Positions 11,775-20,708 of a stretch of DNA of 64,000 bases are shown piece after piece (within the stretch, counting starts at the first letter, position 1; the number at the start of each line of letters is the position of its first letter). The DNA comes from Bacillales bacterium (lineage in GTDB: Bacteria; Bacillota; Bacilli; Bacillales; JAVBJX01), in the NCBI GenBank assembly GCA_031546705.1, contig JAVBJX010000004.1:1792-65791 (forward strand), read 5' to 3'. Position numbers and translations under genes: made by a program. The notes beneath the pieces were generated by a model. That model had not been told where the DNA came from and searched no databases. It saw nothing but the letters and a program-made list of their open reading frames with translations.

Positions 11775-13040
11775 ATGTTTCAATTAAAAAATAGTGAGCA
11801 AATTTCTAAATTGTTGATAGAAACAGAACGACAAATTTTTGATGTACATAAGCAAATTGAACAAAGAATAGATAGCAATCAATTTCGAGTACTGGATAGT
11901 TATCGTAAAAATAAAGTTAATGACAGTCATTTTATACCTTCGACTGGTTACGGTTATGACGATGCAGGGCGTGACAAATTAGGCGAAGTGTATGCGGATG
12001 TGTTTGGAGGAGAGGCTGGACTTGTTCGCCCACAAATTATTTCGGGAACACATGCTATTTCGATTGCTTTATTTGGGATTTTACGTCCAAATGATGAGCT
12101 TCTATATATAACAGGAAATCCATATGACTCATTAGAAGCCATTGTTGGGATTCGGGGAAATGGAATTGGTTCACTGCAAGAGTTTGGTATTACTTACAAA
12201 AGTGTTCCGCTCCAAAATGGGAAAGTTGATTTTGAAGCGGTGCAAAAAGCAATTACAAGTAAAACAAAAATGATTGGTATTCAGCGTTCAAGAGGATACA
12301 CAAGGCGGGCTGCTTTTACAATGGAAGAAGTCAAAGAAATGATTGCTTTTGTCAAAGAAGTCAAGGAAGATGTGATTGTTTTTGTTGATAATTGTTATGG
12401 AGAATTTACAGAAGAAAGAGAACCATGTCATGTTGGAGCTGATTTAATGGCAGGGTCACTTATCAAAAACCCTGGTGGTGGAATTGCCAAGACAGGCGGC
12501 TATATTGTTGGGAAAGAAAAATATGTGGAAATGTGTAGTTATCGGATGACTTCACCAGGACTTGGAGCAGAGGCAGGAGCATCTTTGTATAGTTTACAAG
12601 AAATGTATCAAGGATTTTTTCTCGCTCCTCATGTAGTTGGACAGGCATTAAAAGGAGCAGTACTGACAGCTGCAATGTTAGAAAAATTAGGAATGAATAC
12701 ATATCCAGCATGGAATGCCGTCCGAGCTGACTTAGTTCAATCTGTTGAGTTTAATAATGAAGAAGCAATGATTGCTTTTTGTCAAGCGATTCAATATGCT
12801 TCCCCAATTAATTCACAATTCACACCGTATCCAGCGTATATGCCGGGTTATGTGGATGATGTGATTATGGCGGCAGGAACATTTGTCCAAGGAGCAAGCA
12901 TTGAATTAACGGCTGATGGGCCACTCCGACCTCCATATGTTGCTTATGTACAAGGCGGACTTACTTATTCACACGTGAAAATTGCTATTTGTATGGCAAT
13001 TGATTATTTGATGGAGAAAAAATTATTGGCAGGTGAATAG
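11775..13040 (+). CDS. ynbB: YnbB-like PLP-dependent protein (aluminium-resistance / Cys-Met lyase-like family)
   Basis: ORF 11760-13040. ATG 11775 follows GTGAGGA and lies just after the hflX stop. hflX-ynbB synteny as in Bacillus; IQRSRGY.. and ..GSLIKNPGGG.. motifs. Confidence 0.8.
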   Translation: MFQLKNSEQISKLLIETERQIFDVHKQIEQRIDSNQFRVLDSYRKNKVNDSHFIPSTGYGYDDAGRDKLGEVYADVFGGEAGLVRPQIISGTHAISIALFGILRPNDELLYITGNPYDSLEAIVGIRGNGIGSLQEFGITYKSVPLQNGKVDFEAVQKAITSKTKMIGIQRSRGYTRRAAFTMEEVKEMIAFVKEVKEDVIVFVDNCYGEFTEEREPCHVGADLMAGSLIKNPGGGIAKTGGYIVGKEKYVEMCSYRMTSPGLGAEAGASLYSLQEMYQGFFLAPHVVGQALKGAVLTAAMLEKLGMNTYPAWNAVRADLVQSVEFNNEEAMIAFCQAIQYASPINSQFTPYPAYMPGYVDDVIMAAGTFVQGASIELTADGPLRPPYVAYVQGGLTYSHVKIAICMAIDYLMEKKLLAGE

Positions 13041-13041
13041 T

Positions 13042-13563
13042 ATGGACGTGTATTTAGTGGAACCAACGATTGAATTGAAAAATGAATATCTCGCTTTCTA
13101 TAATGATTGGGCTGATTTTGGAGAGAAGGCAGTGCCATGGGTTGTTAGAAAAGAACCATTTGATTTTGAAGAAATGTTAGGTTATTTACGTGCTAAAGAA
13201 AATGAGTCTACTTGTATAGATGACTTACCAAACACAACGTATTGGCTTGTTGGAGAAAATAAAATAGTTATTGGAGCAGTAAATATTCGCCACTATATAA
13301 CAGGAGATTGGGAGAATATGGGTGGACATATTGGTTATGGTATTCGTCCATCTGAAAGAAGAAAAGGATATGCAACAAAAATACTGACACTTGCTTTAGA
13401 GAAAGCGAAACAATTTAAGATTACAAATGCACTTTTGACATGTGACAAAAATAATATTGCTTCAGCAAAAACAATCATAAACAATGGTGGTGTAGCTGAT
13501 AGTGATTATGTAATGGAAGATGGAGTTGTCATAAAACGATTTTGGATAAAAATAGAGGATTAG
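13042..13563 (+). CDS. GNAT family N-acetyltransferase
   Basis: ORF 13033-13563. ATG 13042 follows AGGTGA. Acetyl-CoA motif ..IRPSERRKGYATKIL..AL..A. Confidence 0.7.
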   Translation: MDVYLVEPTIELKNEYLAFYNDWADFGEKAVPWVVRKEPFDFEEMLGYLRAKENESTCIDDLPNTTYWLVGENKIVIGAVNIRHYITGDWENMGGHIGYGIRPSERRKGYATKILTLALEKAKQFKITNALLTCDKNNIASAKTIINNGGVADSDYVMEDGVVIKRFWIKIED

Positions 13564-13569
13564 CATGAG

Positions 13570-13605
13570 AATCTGCAAGGAGTAAAATCTTTGCAGATTT
13601 TTTAT
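13570..13605. terminator. Terminator between convergent genes
   Basis: AATCTGCAA / TTGCAGATT stem followed by TTTTTATT; lies between the + GNAT gene and the - hypothetical gene. Confidence 0.7.
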
Positions 13606-13667
13606 TCTAATATAGCCAGTATAAATAAGACAGTCCCAACCTCGTTTTGCTTTCCATTTATCCATAG

Positions 13668-14303
13668 TTATTTTAATGAACCTACCCAAATATCACCAAT
13701 ATGACGAACATACATTAAATCAGGTTTTCCATCGAATGTTTTAGTTTTCAAAACGTTGTTAGTTTTTTTACGAGTTTCATTCCATTCATTATCCGTTGCA
13801 TTTCCATCTTCAATCCACTTAATCCAATCACTTTCATTTTGGTACTCACTGTCAAAGTAAAGATCCCATTGAAATTCTTTTAACCGTTCTTTTAGTCGAG
13901 GGTATTTTTCATATGGAAATTCTTTTTTTAAATCGTTTTTCTCAAAGGTCGAGTCATAGAAATTAATAAAATTTTTATACGCAACAACGATTTGTGAATA
14001 AATGAATTTCGGATCATAAATCCATAATTTCAAGTAATATGGTTGATTTATGCTTTCCATACTATTTTTCCAATTCTCGTATACATCAAGCATTGCTTCT
14101 AATAGAAATTCACAGTACCAATATGGTGGATTTCTTTTTTCTAAAGTGTAGAATGGATGAATCCACAGTTTTTCATAATCTCGCTTATTGATTGCTAAGT
14201 CATCAAGGTCTAACTGAATGGCATTTTGTTTCCAACGTTCAATTTTACGTTTGTGCCTTTTCCATCCTCTAATTTTCTTACGGCGTTGACTATGAAATTT
14301 CAA
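13668..14303 (-). CDS. Hypothetical protein with strongly basic N-terminus and Trp/Tyr-rich body
   Basis: 211-aa ORF with GGAGGAGA RBS just upstream (comp ~14310-14318). I recognise no family motif. Confidence 0.55.
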   Translation of the reverse strand: MKFHSQRRKKIRGWKRHKRKIERWKQNAIQLDLDDLAINKRDYEKLWIHPFYTLEKRNPPYWYCEFLLEAMLDVYENWKNSMESINQPYYLKLWIYDPKFIYSQIVVAYKNFINFYDSTFEKNDLKKEFPYEKYPRLKERLKEFQWDLYFDSEYQNESDWIKWIEDGNATDNEWNETRKKTNNVLKTKTFDGKPDLMYVRHIGDIWVGSLK

Positions 14304-14426
14304 AAAATCTCCTCCAATTTATCAAGCTGTTATTTATCATTTTAGTTTATAATTCCTTAGTTTCATAATAAAGTATGTTTCACCCAAAAAATCTATTATA
14401 ATGTAAGAAAAAACAAGGTGCTACCA

Positions 14427-16673
14427 ATGAAAAAGAAAACTCTTACTGAACTAATTCACGAATTGCGAGCAAATCCCAATATTGTCCATTGGCACGAAAT
14501 AGAGCCAACTGAAGCAAAAATAACTCCAATTCCAGCAATAGATGAACGAATTAAAGCAGCACTACAAAAAAGAGGAATTAATGATTTATATACACATCAA
14601 TCAACTGCATTTGAAGCGGTCAACAAAGGAGCAAGTATTGTTACTGTTACCCCAACCGCTTCTGGAAAAACACTTTGTTATAACTTACCAGTCTTGCAAT
14701 CTATCGCTGAAAATGAAAACAATCGAGCGTTGTATATTTTTCCTACAAAAGCGTTGGCACAAGATCAAAAAAGTGAATTAAATGAAATCATTCAAGAAAT
14801 GGGCATGGACATTAAAAGTTATACATATGATGGCGACACTTCTCCAAGTATTAGACAAATTGTTAGAAAAGCAGGGCATATTGTCATTACAAATCCTGAT
14901 ATGCTTCACTCTGCTATTTTGCCACACCATACGAGTTGGGTGTCACTATTTGAAAACTTAAAGTACATTATTATTGATGAACTTCATACATATCGAGGCG
15001 TATTTGGTAGTCATGTTGCCAATGTGATTCGGCGTTTAAAACGTATTTGTCATTTCTATGGGTCTTCTCCACAATTTATTTGTACATCCGCAACCATTGC
15101 TAATCCCAAAGAATTAGCAGAGCAATTAACTGGTGAACAGGTGCAATTAATTGACAATAATGGAGCACCCAAAGGAAGAAAGCATTTTGTTTTTTACAAT
15201 CCACCAATTGTCAATCAACCACTAAATATAAGAAAAAGTGCAACAGTTGAAGTAAATTGCCTAGCAAGAGAGTTTCTTAGAAATAAAATTCAAACGATTA
15301 TTTTTGCTAGAAGTAGAGTGAGGGTAGAAATTATTTTGAGTCACATTCAAGAACTCGTTAAAAATGAACTTGGCACAAAATCCATTCGAGGATATCGAGG
15401 AGGTTATTTGCCAAATCAAAGGCGAGAAATTGAAAAAGGACTCAGAAGTGGAGAAATTTTAGGTGTTGTTAGCACAAATGCTTTAGAATTAGGCGTGGAT
15501 ATTGGGCAGTTACAAGTGTGTGTCATGACGGGCTATCCCGGTTCAATTGCCAGCACGTGGCAACAAGCGGGACGAGCTGGAAGAAGGCATGGGGAAGCAC
15601 TAATTATTATGGTTGCCAGTTCGACACCAATTGATCAATATGTCATTCAACATCCAAGTTATTTTTTTGAGAAATCGCCAGAATCAGTGCGAATGAATCC
15701 GAATAATTTAATTATTTTAATGGATCATTTGAAGTGTGCAGCCTATGAATTGCCATTTAAAAAAGACGATACATTTGGTGATGTTGAGGAACTACATGAT
15801 TTGCTAGATTTTTTAAAAGAAGAAAGAGTGCTACATGAACGTGGTGGAAAATGGTATTGGATGAATGAATCTTTCCCTGCAACGAATATTAGTTTACGTT
15901 CCGCATCACAAGAAAATGTCGTCATTATTGATAAATCACAAGTCGAAAAAGTAGCTGTTATTGGTGAAATGGATCAATTTAGTGCCATGACTTTGCTTCA
16001 TGAGGAAGCTATTTATTTTCATGAAGGTGTACAATATCAAGTGGAAAAATTAGATTGGGAACATAAAAAAGCGTATGTCCGACAAGTCGATGTCGAATAT
16101 TTTACCGATGCTAATTTAGCGGTACAGTTAAAGGTATTAGAGATAGATAAGTCGGTAATTAGAGAAAATACGAGCATCCATTACGGTGATATTACAGTAA
16201 ATATGTTGCCAACTATCTACAAAAAAATAAAGCTGTCTACATTTGAAAATATTGGTTCTGGCCCTATTCACTTACCAGAGGAAGAACTACATACAAGTTC
16301 GACTTGGTTAGAAATAAATAAACTCTCTGAGGAAATAGAAGAGATGGCATTAGAACAATTGTTATTAGGCATAGCGAATGTATTAAATCATGTTGTTCCA
16401 CTCCATATGATGTGCGATAAAAATGATATTCATGTTGCACCGCAAATAAAAGCAAATCATACAGGACTGGCAACAATATTTTTATACGACCATTATCCTG
16501 GAGGAATTGGATTAGCGGAAGCAATGTATAAGAATTTTGAACAGGTGAGAGAGTCGGCAAAAAATATGATTGAAAAATGCCCATGCGAAAGTGGTTGTCC
16601 ATCTTGTATTGGAATGGAAATAGATTTGAAGAATGCAAAGAGTAAGTGTATACAGTTGTTAGAATTGTTTTAG
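14427..16673 (+). CDS. mrfA: DEAD/DEAH-box helicase MrfA/YprA (Lhr-like, C-terminal Zn-binding domain)
   Basis: ORF 14418-16673; ATG 14427 follows AAGGTG. TPTASGKT, DELHTYRG, QQAGRAGRR and C-terminal CPCESGCPSC cysteine cluster; followed by yprB. Confidence 0.9.
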   Translation: MKKKTLTELIHELRANPNIVHWHEIEPTEAKITPIPAIDERIKAALQKRGINDLYTHQSTAFEAVNKGASIVTVTPTASGKTLCYNLPVLQSIAENENNRALYIFPTKALAQDQKSELNEIIQEMGMDIKSYTYDGDTSPSIRQIVRKAGHIVITNPDMLHSAILPHHTSWVSLFENLKYIIIDELHTYRGVFGSHVANVIRRLKRICHFYGSSPQFICTSATIANPKELAEQLTGEQVQLIDNNGAPKGRKHFVFYNPPIVNQPLNIRKSATVEVNCLAREFLRNKIQTIIFARSRVRVEIILSHIQELVKNELGTKSIRGYRGGYLPNQRREIEKGLRSGEILGVVSTNALELGVDIGQLQVCVMTGYPGSIASTWQQAGRAGRRHGEALIIMVASSTPIDQYVIQHPSYFFEKSPESVRMNPNNLIILMDHLKCAAYELPFKKDDTFGDVEELHDLLDFLKEERVLHERGGKWYWMNESFPATNISLRSASQENVVIIDKSQVEKVAVIGEMDQFSAMTLLHEEAIYFHEGVQYQVEKLDWEHKKAYVRQVDVEYFTDANLAVQLKVLEIDKSVIRENTSIHYGDITVNMLPTIYKKIKLSTFENIGSGPIHLPEEELHTSSTWLEINKLSEEIEEMALEQLLLGIANVLNHVVPLHMMCDKNDIHVAPQIKANHTGLATIFLYDHYPGGIGLAEAMYKNFEQVRESAKNMIEKCPCESGCPSCIGMEIDLKNAKSKCIQLLELF

Positions 16674-16685
16674 AGGGAGAAATTC

Positions 16686-17909
16686 ATGTCATTAAAAACA
16701 AAATTAGCACGAATGAAGAAACAAGAGAACAAGGTAGAGAAAGTGGATGAAAATGAAATTCCATTTTTAGATAAGTGGCAGACTTTGGACACACAGCAGT
16801 TCTGTTTTGAAGAAGATTATTGCCTTGTACGTGAACGGCATTATCCACTTTCTTATCAACACGGTGTATACGTATTGGGAGATTTTTTACACGCTTGTGA
16901 GTTATGGCAAACAGCTAGTATAAATCATCCTCTGTCTTGTAAAGGTTACAAAGCAAATGATTTGTTTTTCTTCGATACAGAAACAACAGGGCTTAGTCAA
17001 GGTGCAGGAACAGCGATTTTTTTACTAGGTCATGCAAGATTTGAGGAAGATAAAATAATTGTTCGGCAACATTTCCTTCCACATATTGGCAGTGAAATTG
17101 CTATGTATCAAAGTTTTTTAGAGAATGTAGACTATACCACACTTGTTACCTATAATGGGAAAAGTTTTGATTGGCCAAAAGTAAAAGCAAGACATACATT
17201 GCTTAGACATCATATTCCACAACTGCCATCTTTTGGTCATTTTGATTTATACCATTCTGCAAGGCGGATGTGGAAAGATGAACTAGAATCTGTACGTCTA
17301 TCGATTGTCGAAAAAGAAATTCTTGGAATTCAACGGGAAAATGATATACCTGGATTTTTAGCTCCAGCGATGTATTTTGATTTTGTGGAAACAAAAAATC
17401 CTGAAAGTATATTTGGGATTTTTGAACATAATGAGCAAGATGTTTTGTCATTAATTTGTCTATATACACATTTGACTTATACTATTTTACAAGAGAGAAA
17501 TATATCAAATAGAGAAACATTTGAAATCGGACGATGGTTAGCAACACTTGGAGAGAAAGAAGAAGCAATTGTTATTTATGAACAATCTTTAACCTCACAA
17601 ACAGATAAAAGAACAAACTTTGCACTTTCTATGCTCTATAAAAGGACTGGAAAATGGCAAGAAGCTGTTTCTTTATGGAAGGAAATTTGTTGCGAAGAAA
17701 AAGAGAATAAAATAGACACATTAATAGAGCTTGCTAAATATTATGAGCATCGAGAAAAAAACTACAAACAAGCATTTGCATATGCGGATGAGGCATATAA
17801 ACAATTAGAAGTAAGTGGAGTTTTTAAAGAAAAGTGGCTAGGTGAGAAATTAAACATAGAAAAACGTATGGAACGGTTAAAAAAGAAATTAAAAAAGTAC
17901 AATTCATAA
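16686..17909 (+). CDS. mrfB: RNase H-like exonuclease MrfB/YprB with TPR-like C-terminus
   Basis: 407 aa. FFFDTETTGL DEDD-type exonuclease motif; HNEQDVLSL; adjacency to mrfA as in B. subtilis. Confidence 0.85.
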   Translation: MSLKTKLARMKKQENKVEKVDENEIPFLDKWQTLDTQQFCFEEDYCLVRERHYPLSYQHGVYVLGDFLHACELWQTASINHPLSCKGYKANDLFFFDTETTGLSQGAGTAIFLLGHARFEEDKIIVRQHFLPHIGSEIAMYQSFLENVDYTTLVTYNGKSFDWPKVKARHTLLRHHIPQLPSFGHFDLYHSARRMWKDELESVRLSIVEKEILGIQRENDIPGFLAPAMYFDFVETKNPESIFGIFEHNEQDVLSLICLYTHLTYTILQERNISNRETFEIGRWLATLGEKEEAIVIYEQSLTSQTDKRTNFALSMLYKRTGKWQEAVSLWKEICCEEKENKIDTLIELAKYYEHREKNYKQAFAYADEAYKQLEVSGVFKEKWLGEKLNIEKRMERLKKKLKKYNS

Positions 17910-17994
17910 GTAAAATAGGTGTTTGTATTAGTACATCCATCATTCTCTATTCATAAAGTAGTAATGTAGTAAGAAAATGAAAAGGAGAATAAGG

Positions 17995-18504
17995 ATGAGA
18001 AAATATATGCCTAATATGATGCCGCCAATGGGTGTTTCCCCGATGGAAATGAATCCGGGACAAATGCCGCCATTTAATCCAACAGCAGTAAGCCCGATGG
18101 GAATGAATCCGATGGGTCCAAGTTCCCCAGGAATGCCATTTAATCCAACAGCAGTAAGCCCAATGGGAATGAATCCAATGGGTCCAAGTTCCCCAGGAAT
18201 GCCATTTAATCCAACAGCGGTAAGTCCAGTAGGAATGAATCCTTTTGGACCACCAATGGGAATGCCACCACAAGTATTTCCACCAACGGTTGCACCGCCA
18301 GTTGTTTATCCGACACAAAATTTTGTAGATAATATGTATCATACAACGATTGTTCCAAATGTACATCCATCTCATGTAACGCATGTGAATCATCAGTTAT
18401 ATCAAAATCAGCATTACTTTCCACATACAAATTCCTTTGTAAATGAAGTTGCTGTGCAAGATATAAATTGTTGTCGCCCGCCATTTCCACCAAGATTTTT
18501 TTAA
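17995..18504 (+). CDS. cotD: CotD-family spore coat protein with Met/Pro-rich tandem-repeat N-terminus
   Basis: ORF 17977-18504; ATG 17995 follows AAAGGAGAA. The C-terminal TIVPNVHPSHVTHVNHQLYQNQHYFPHT..CC resembles B. subtilis CotD. Position between yprB and gpsB matches B. subtilis synteny. Confidence 0.75.
   Translation: MRKYMPNMMPPMGVSPMEMNPGQMPPFNPTAVSPMGMNPMGPSSPGMPFNPTAVSPMGMNPMGPSSPGMPFNPTAVSPVGMNPFGPPMGMPPQVFPPTVAPPVVYPTQNFVDNMYHTTIVPNVHPSHVTHVNHQLYQNQHYFPHTNSFVNEVAVQDINCCRPPFPPRFF
18064..18245 (+). repeat. In-frame 66-nt tandem repeat (~2.7 units) inside the cotD-like gene
   Basis: Units start at 18064 (69 nt, one extra CCG), 18133 and 18199. Each encodes MP(P)FNPTAVSPMGMNPMGPSSPG, and units 1 and 2 are nearly identical. 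Confidence 0.9.
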
Positions 18505-18536
18505 GATTATGCGAATAAATTGGCAGCTTTTAGCAT

Positions 18537-18668
18537 AAAATTTTTTTTGGACGGTTTGTCAGTGAAGTGAATGGTTTACTAAAATGTTGATTTTATAGAA
18601 TCTTAGTAACCATTCATTTCACAATGATAGGACAATCGGGGTTCTTTTTACTCCCTTTGTCTTATTAT
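18537..18668 (+). repeat. Intergenic two-hairpin repeat element, copy A
   Basis: T-run, then hairpin 1 (GTGAATGGTT.ACTAA ... TTAGTAACCATTCA), then hairpin 2 (GGACAATCGGGG..CTCCCTTTGTC). Aligns along its whole length with 26392-26520. Confidence 0.7.
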
Positions 18669-18749
18669 CTTATTTTTGTTTATGTTTGACATTTCAACCA
18701 TTTTTTGGAAAAATAGAGAAGAAGTAGAAGTGAGTAGAGGTGGACAAAA

Positions 18750-19061
18750 ATGTTTCCAAGTTTAAAATTAAGTGTACAGACAATAGTTGAAAAAGAATTT
18801 AAAACAAGTATGCGTGGATACAACCAAGATGAAGTTGATAAATTTTTAGATATTGTCATTAAAGATTATGAAATGTTTCAGCAATATGCAACAGAGCTTC
18901 AAAAAGAAAATGAACGCTTGAAAAAACAAGCAAATACATCTGTAAGACCACAAGCACAAACAACTGCACCGAATGTCGATGTGCTCCAACGCCTGTCTAA
19001 TTTAGAGAAAACAGTATTTGATTTAGAAAAAAAAGTAGACGGTGCTAATTTTTTCCGTTGA
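18750..19061 (+). CDS. gpsB: Cell-cycle / divisome protein GpsB
   Basis: 103 aa. [24 protein letters not shown] DivIVA-like N-domain; located just upstream of rnpB as in B. subtilis. Confidence 0.9.
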   Translation: MFPSLKLSVQTIVEKEFKTSMRGYNQDEVDKFLDIVIKDYEMFQQYATELQKENERLKKQANTSVRPQAQTTAPNVDVLQRLSNLEKTVFDLEKKVDGANFFR

Positions 19062-19086
19062 AAAAAATTTAGAATTTGTTTATACT
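19058..19086 (+). promoter_or_regulatory. Sigma-A promoter of rnpB
   Basis: TTGAAA (19058-19063), 17-nt spacer, TATACT (19081-19086), about 8 nt before the RNase P RNA 5' stem. The -35 overlaps the gpsB stop codon. Confidence 0.7.
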
Positions 19087-19094
19087 GTAGAAAT

Positions 19095-19470
19095 GGTGTT
19101 CAAGGTAATTGCTGCAATTTATATTGTAGAGGAAAGTCCATGCTCGCACGGTGCTGTGATGCCCGTAGTGTTCATGCCTAGCGAAACGATAAGCTAGGGC
19201 GATGACGGCAAGGAAAAAACCTACGTCTTAGGATATGGTTTGACTACTTTGAAAGTGCCACAGTGACGAAGCTCTTATGGAAACGTAAGAGGTGGAACGA
19301 GGTAAACCCCATGAGCGAGAAACCCAAATAATGGTAGGGGCACCTTCTTGAAGGAACAAAACAGATAGAAGGACAAGCATTTGCTTGTAGATAGATGATT
19401 ACCACTTACTGTACGAGGCGTGAGCCGCTTGTAGTACGTAGGAACAAAACATGGCTTATTGAACACCTAA
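19095..19470 (+). ncRNA. rnpB: RNase P RNA, type B (Bacillus type)
   Basis: Universal GAGGAAAGTCCATGCTCGCACGGTGCTG..GATGCCCGTAGTGTTC.., ..AGTGCCACAGTGACGAAG.., ..GGTAAACCCC..GAGCGAGAAACCCAAAT... P1 pairing GGTGTTCAA (19095-) with TTGAACACC (-19467). Confidence 0.95.
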
Positions 19471-19474
19471 AGTG

Positions 19475-19528
19475 AACGGTCGCCAAAGTCTTGAGCAGTC
19501 AAGGATTTGTGTGACCGTTTGTTTTTTT
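19475..19528 (+). terminator. Terminator after rnpB
   Basis: AACGGTCGC...GTGACCGTT stem enclosing an inner TCTTGA/TCAAGG hairpin, then TGTTTTTTT. Confidence 0.7.
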
Positions 19529-19551
19529 AAAAAGCGAAGAGGATGAAAAAA

Positions 19552-20679
19552 ATGAAAGAGCTGACGTTGATTGCAACGTGTGCAATGGGAATTGAGTCAT
19601 TGGTAGCCGATGAAGTACGTGCGTTAGGCTATGAATGCCAAGTGGAAAATGGAAAGATTACATTTCAAGGTGATATATTAGCTTTGTGCAGAGCGAGTAT
19701 GTGGCTCAGAACGGCTGAACGGATAAAAATTAAAATTGGTGAATTCAAAGCACTAAGTTTTGATGAGCTATTTGAAAAAACAAAAGCACTTCGTTGGGCT
19801 GATTATATTCCAATTAATGGGGAATTTCCTGTTAGTGGGAAGTCGCTAAAATCAAAGTTATATAGTGTTCCTGATTGTCAAGCAATTGTTAAGAAAGCAA
19901 TTGTTGAAAAATTAAAAGAAAGTTATCATATTCAATGGTTTCAAGAAGATGGACCATTTTTCAAAGTAGAAGTTGCCATACATAAAGATATTGCTACATT
20001 ATTAATTGATGCAACTGGTGCGATGCATAAGCGAGGTTATCGAGTTGACCAAGGCGAAGCACCACTTAGAGAAACGTTAGCGGCAACACTTGTGAAACTG
20101 ACGAACTGGAAACCAAATCGTCCATTTATTGATCCGTTGTGTGGTTCAGGAACAATTCCGATTGAAGCAGCACTAATTGGGCAGAATATAGCTCCTGGTT
20201 TTAACCGAGAGTTTGCGTCTGAACGGTGGAGTTGGGTCAGTAGTGATATTTGGAGTCGTGTCAGAGAAGAAGCGGATGATTTGGCGAACTATGATACACC
20301 ATTGGATATTTCGGGCTACGATATTGACCACAAAATGATTGAGATCTCCACAGCAAATGCCCTAGAAGCAGGTTGTAGTGAGATACATTTTAAGCAAATG
20401 CAAATAAAAGATTTTACAACAAAAAAAGAGTATGGTGTGATTGTTGGAAATCCGCCATATGGTGAGCGAATTGGTGAACAAGAAGAAGTTCAAAGAATGT
20501 ATTCCGATATGGGCAAAGTTTTTAGCAACTTTCCTACATGGTCGGTATACATATTAACTTCCGATAAAGAGTTTGAGCATTTGTATGGAAAAGAAGCAAC
20601 AAAAAGGCGTAAATTGTTTAACGGATTTATTGAAACGCAATACTACCAGTTCTTTGGATTGCGTCCACCAAAACAATAA
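19552..20679 (+). CDS. ypsC: THUMP-domain class I SAM-dependent RNA methyltransferase (YpsC/RlmL-like)
   Basis: ORF 19543-20679; second ATG (19552) is better spaced from AAGAGGA. LIATCAMGIESLVA.EVR.LGYE.., DPLCGSGTI, GNPPYGER. Confidence 0.88.
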   Translation: MKELTLIATCAMGIESLVADEVRALGYECQVENGKITFQGDILALCRASMWLRTAERIKIKIGEFKALSFDELFEKTKALRWADYIPINGEFPVSGKSLKSKLYSVPDCQAIVKKAIVEKLKESYHIQWFQEDGPFFKVEVAIHKDIATLLIDATGAMHKRGYRVDQGEAPLRETLAATLVKLTNWKPNRPFIDPLCGSGTIPIEAALIGQNIAPGFNREFASERWSWVSSDIWSRVREEADDLANYDTPLDISGYDIDHKMIEISTANALEAGCSEIHFKQMQIKDFTTKKEYGVIVGNPPYGERIGEQEEVQRMYSDMGKVFSNFPTWSVYILTSDKEFEHLYGKEATKRRKLFNGFIETQYYQFFGLRPPKQ

Positions 20680-20708
20680 ACATTTAATATTTGGAGGTTT
20701 GGTGATTG

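Noticed and set aside
16264-16638. 124-aa minus-strand ORF inside mrfA; similar antisense ORFs at 22740-23072, 49599-49964, 51735-52218, 32026-32394 and 41049-41424
   Set aside because: All are embedded antisense to ORFs with clear family motifs, lack RBSs, and are typical long antisense frames of AT-rich DNA.
18064-18245. Tandem repeats considered as a possible CRISPR-like array
   Set aside because: The units are contiguous with no spacers, in frame, and encode a repeated peptide. There are no cas genes in the window.
17947-18493. Track ORFs 17947-18393 (-), a 148-aa W/H/R-rich product, and 18206-18493 (-)
   Set aside because: They are antisense to the cotD-like gene, and their periodic composition is a by-product of the 66-nt coding tandem repeat. 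They have no RBS, and the + strand has the CotD-like C-terminus and a proper RBS.
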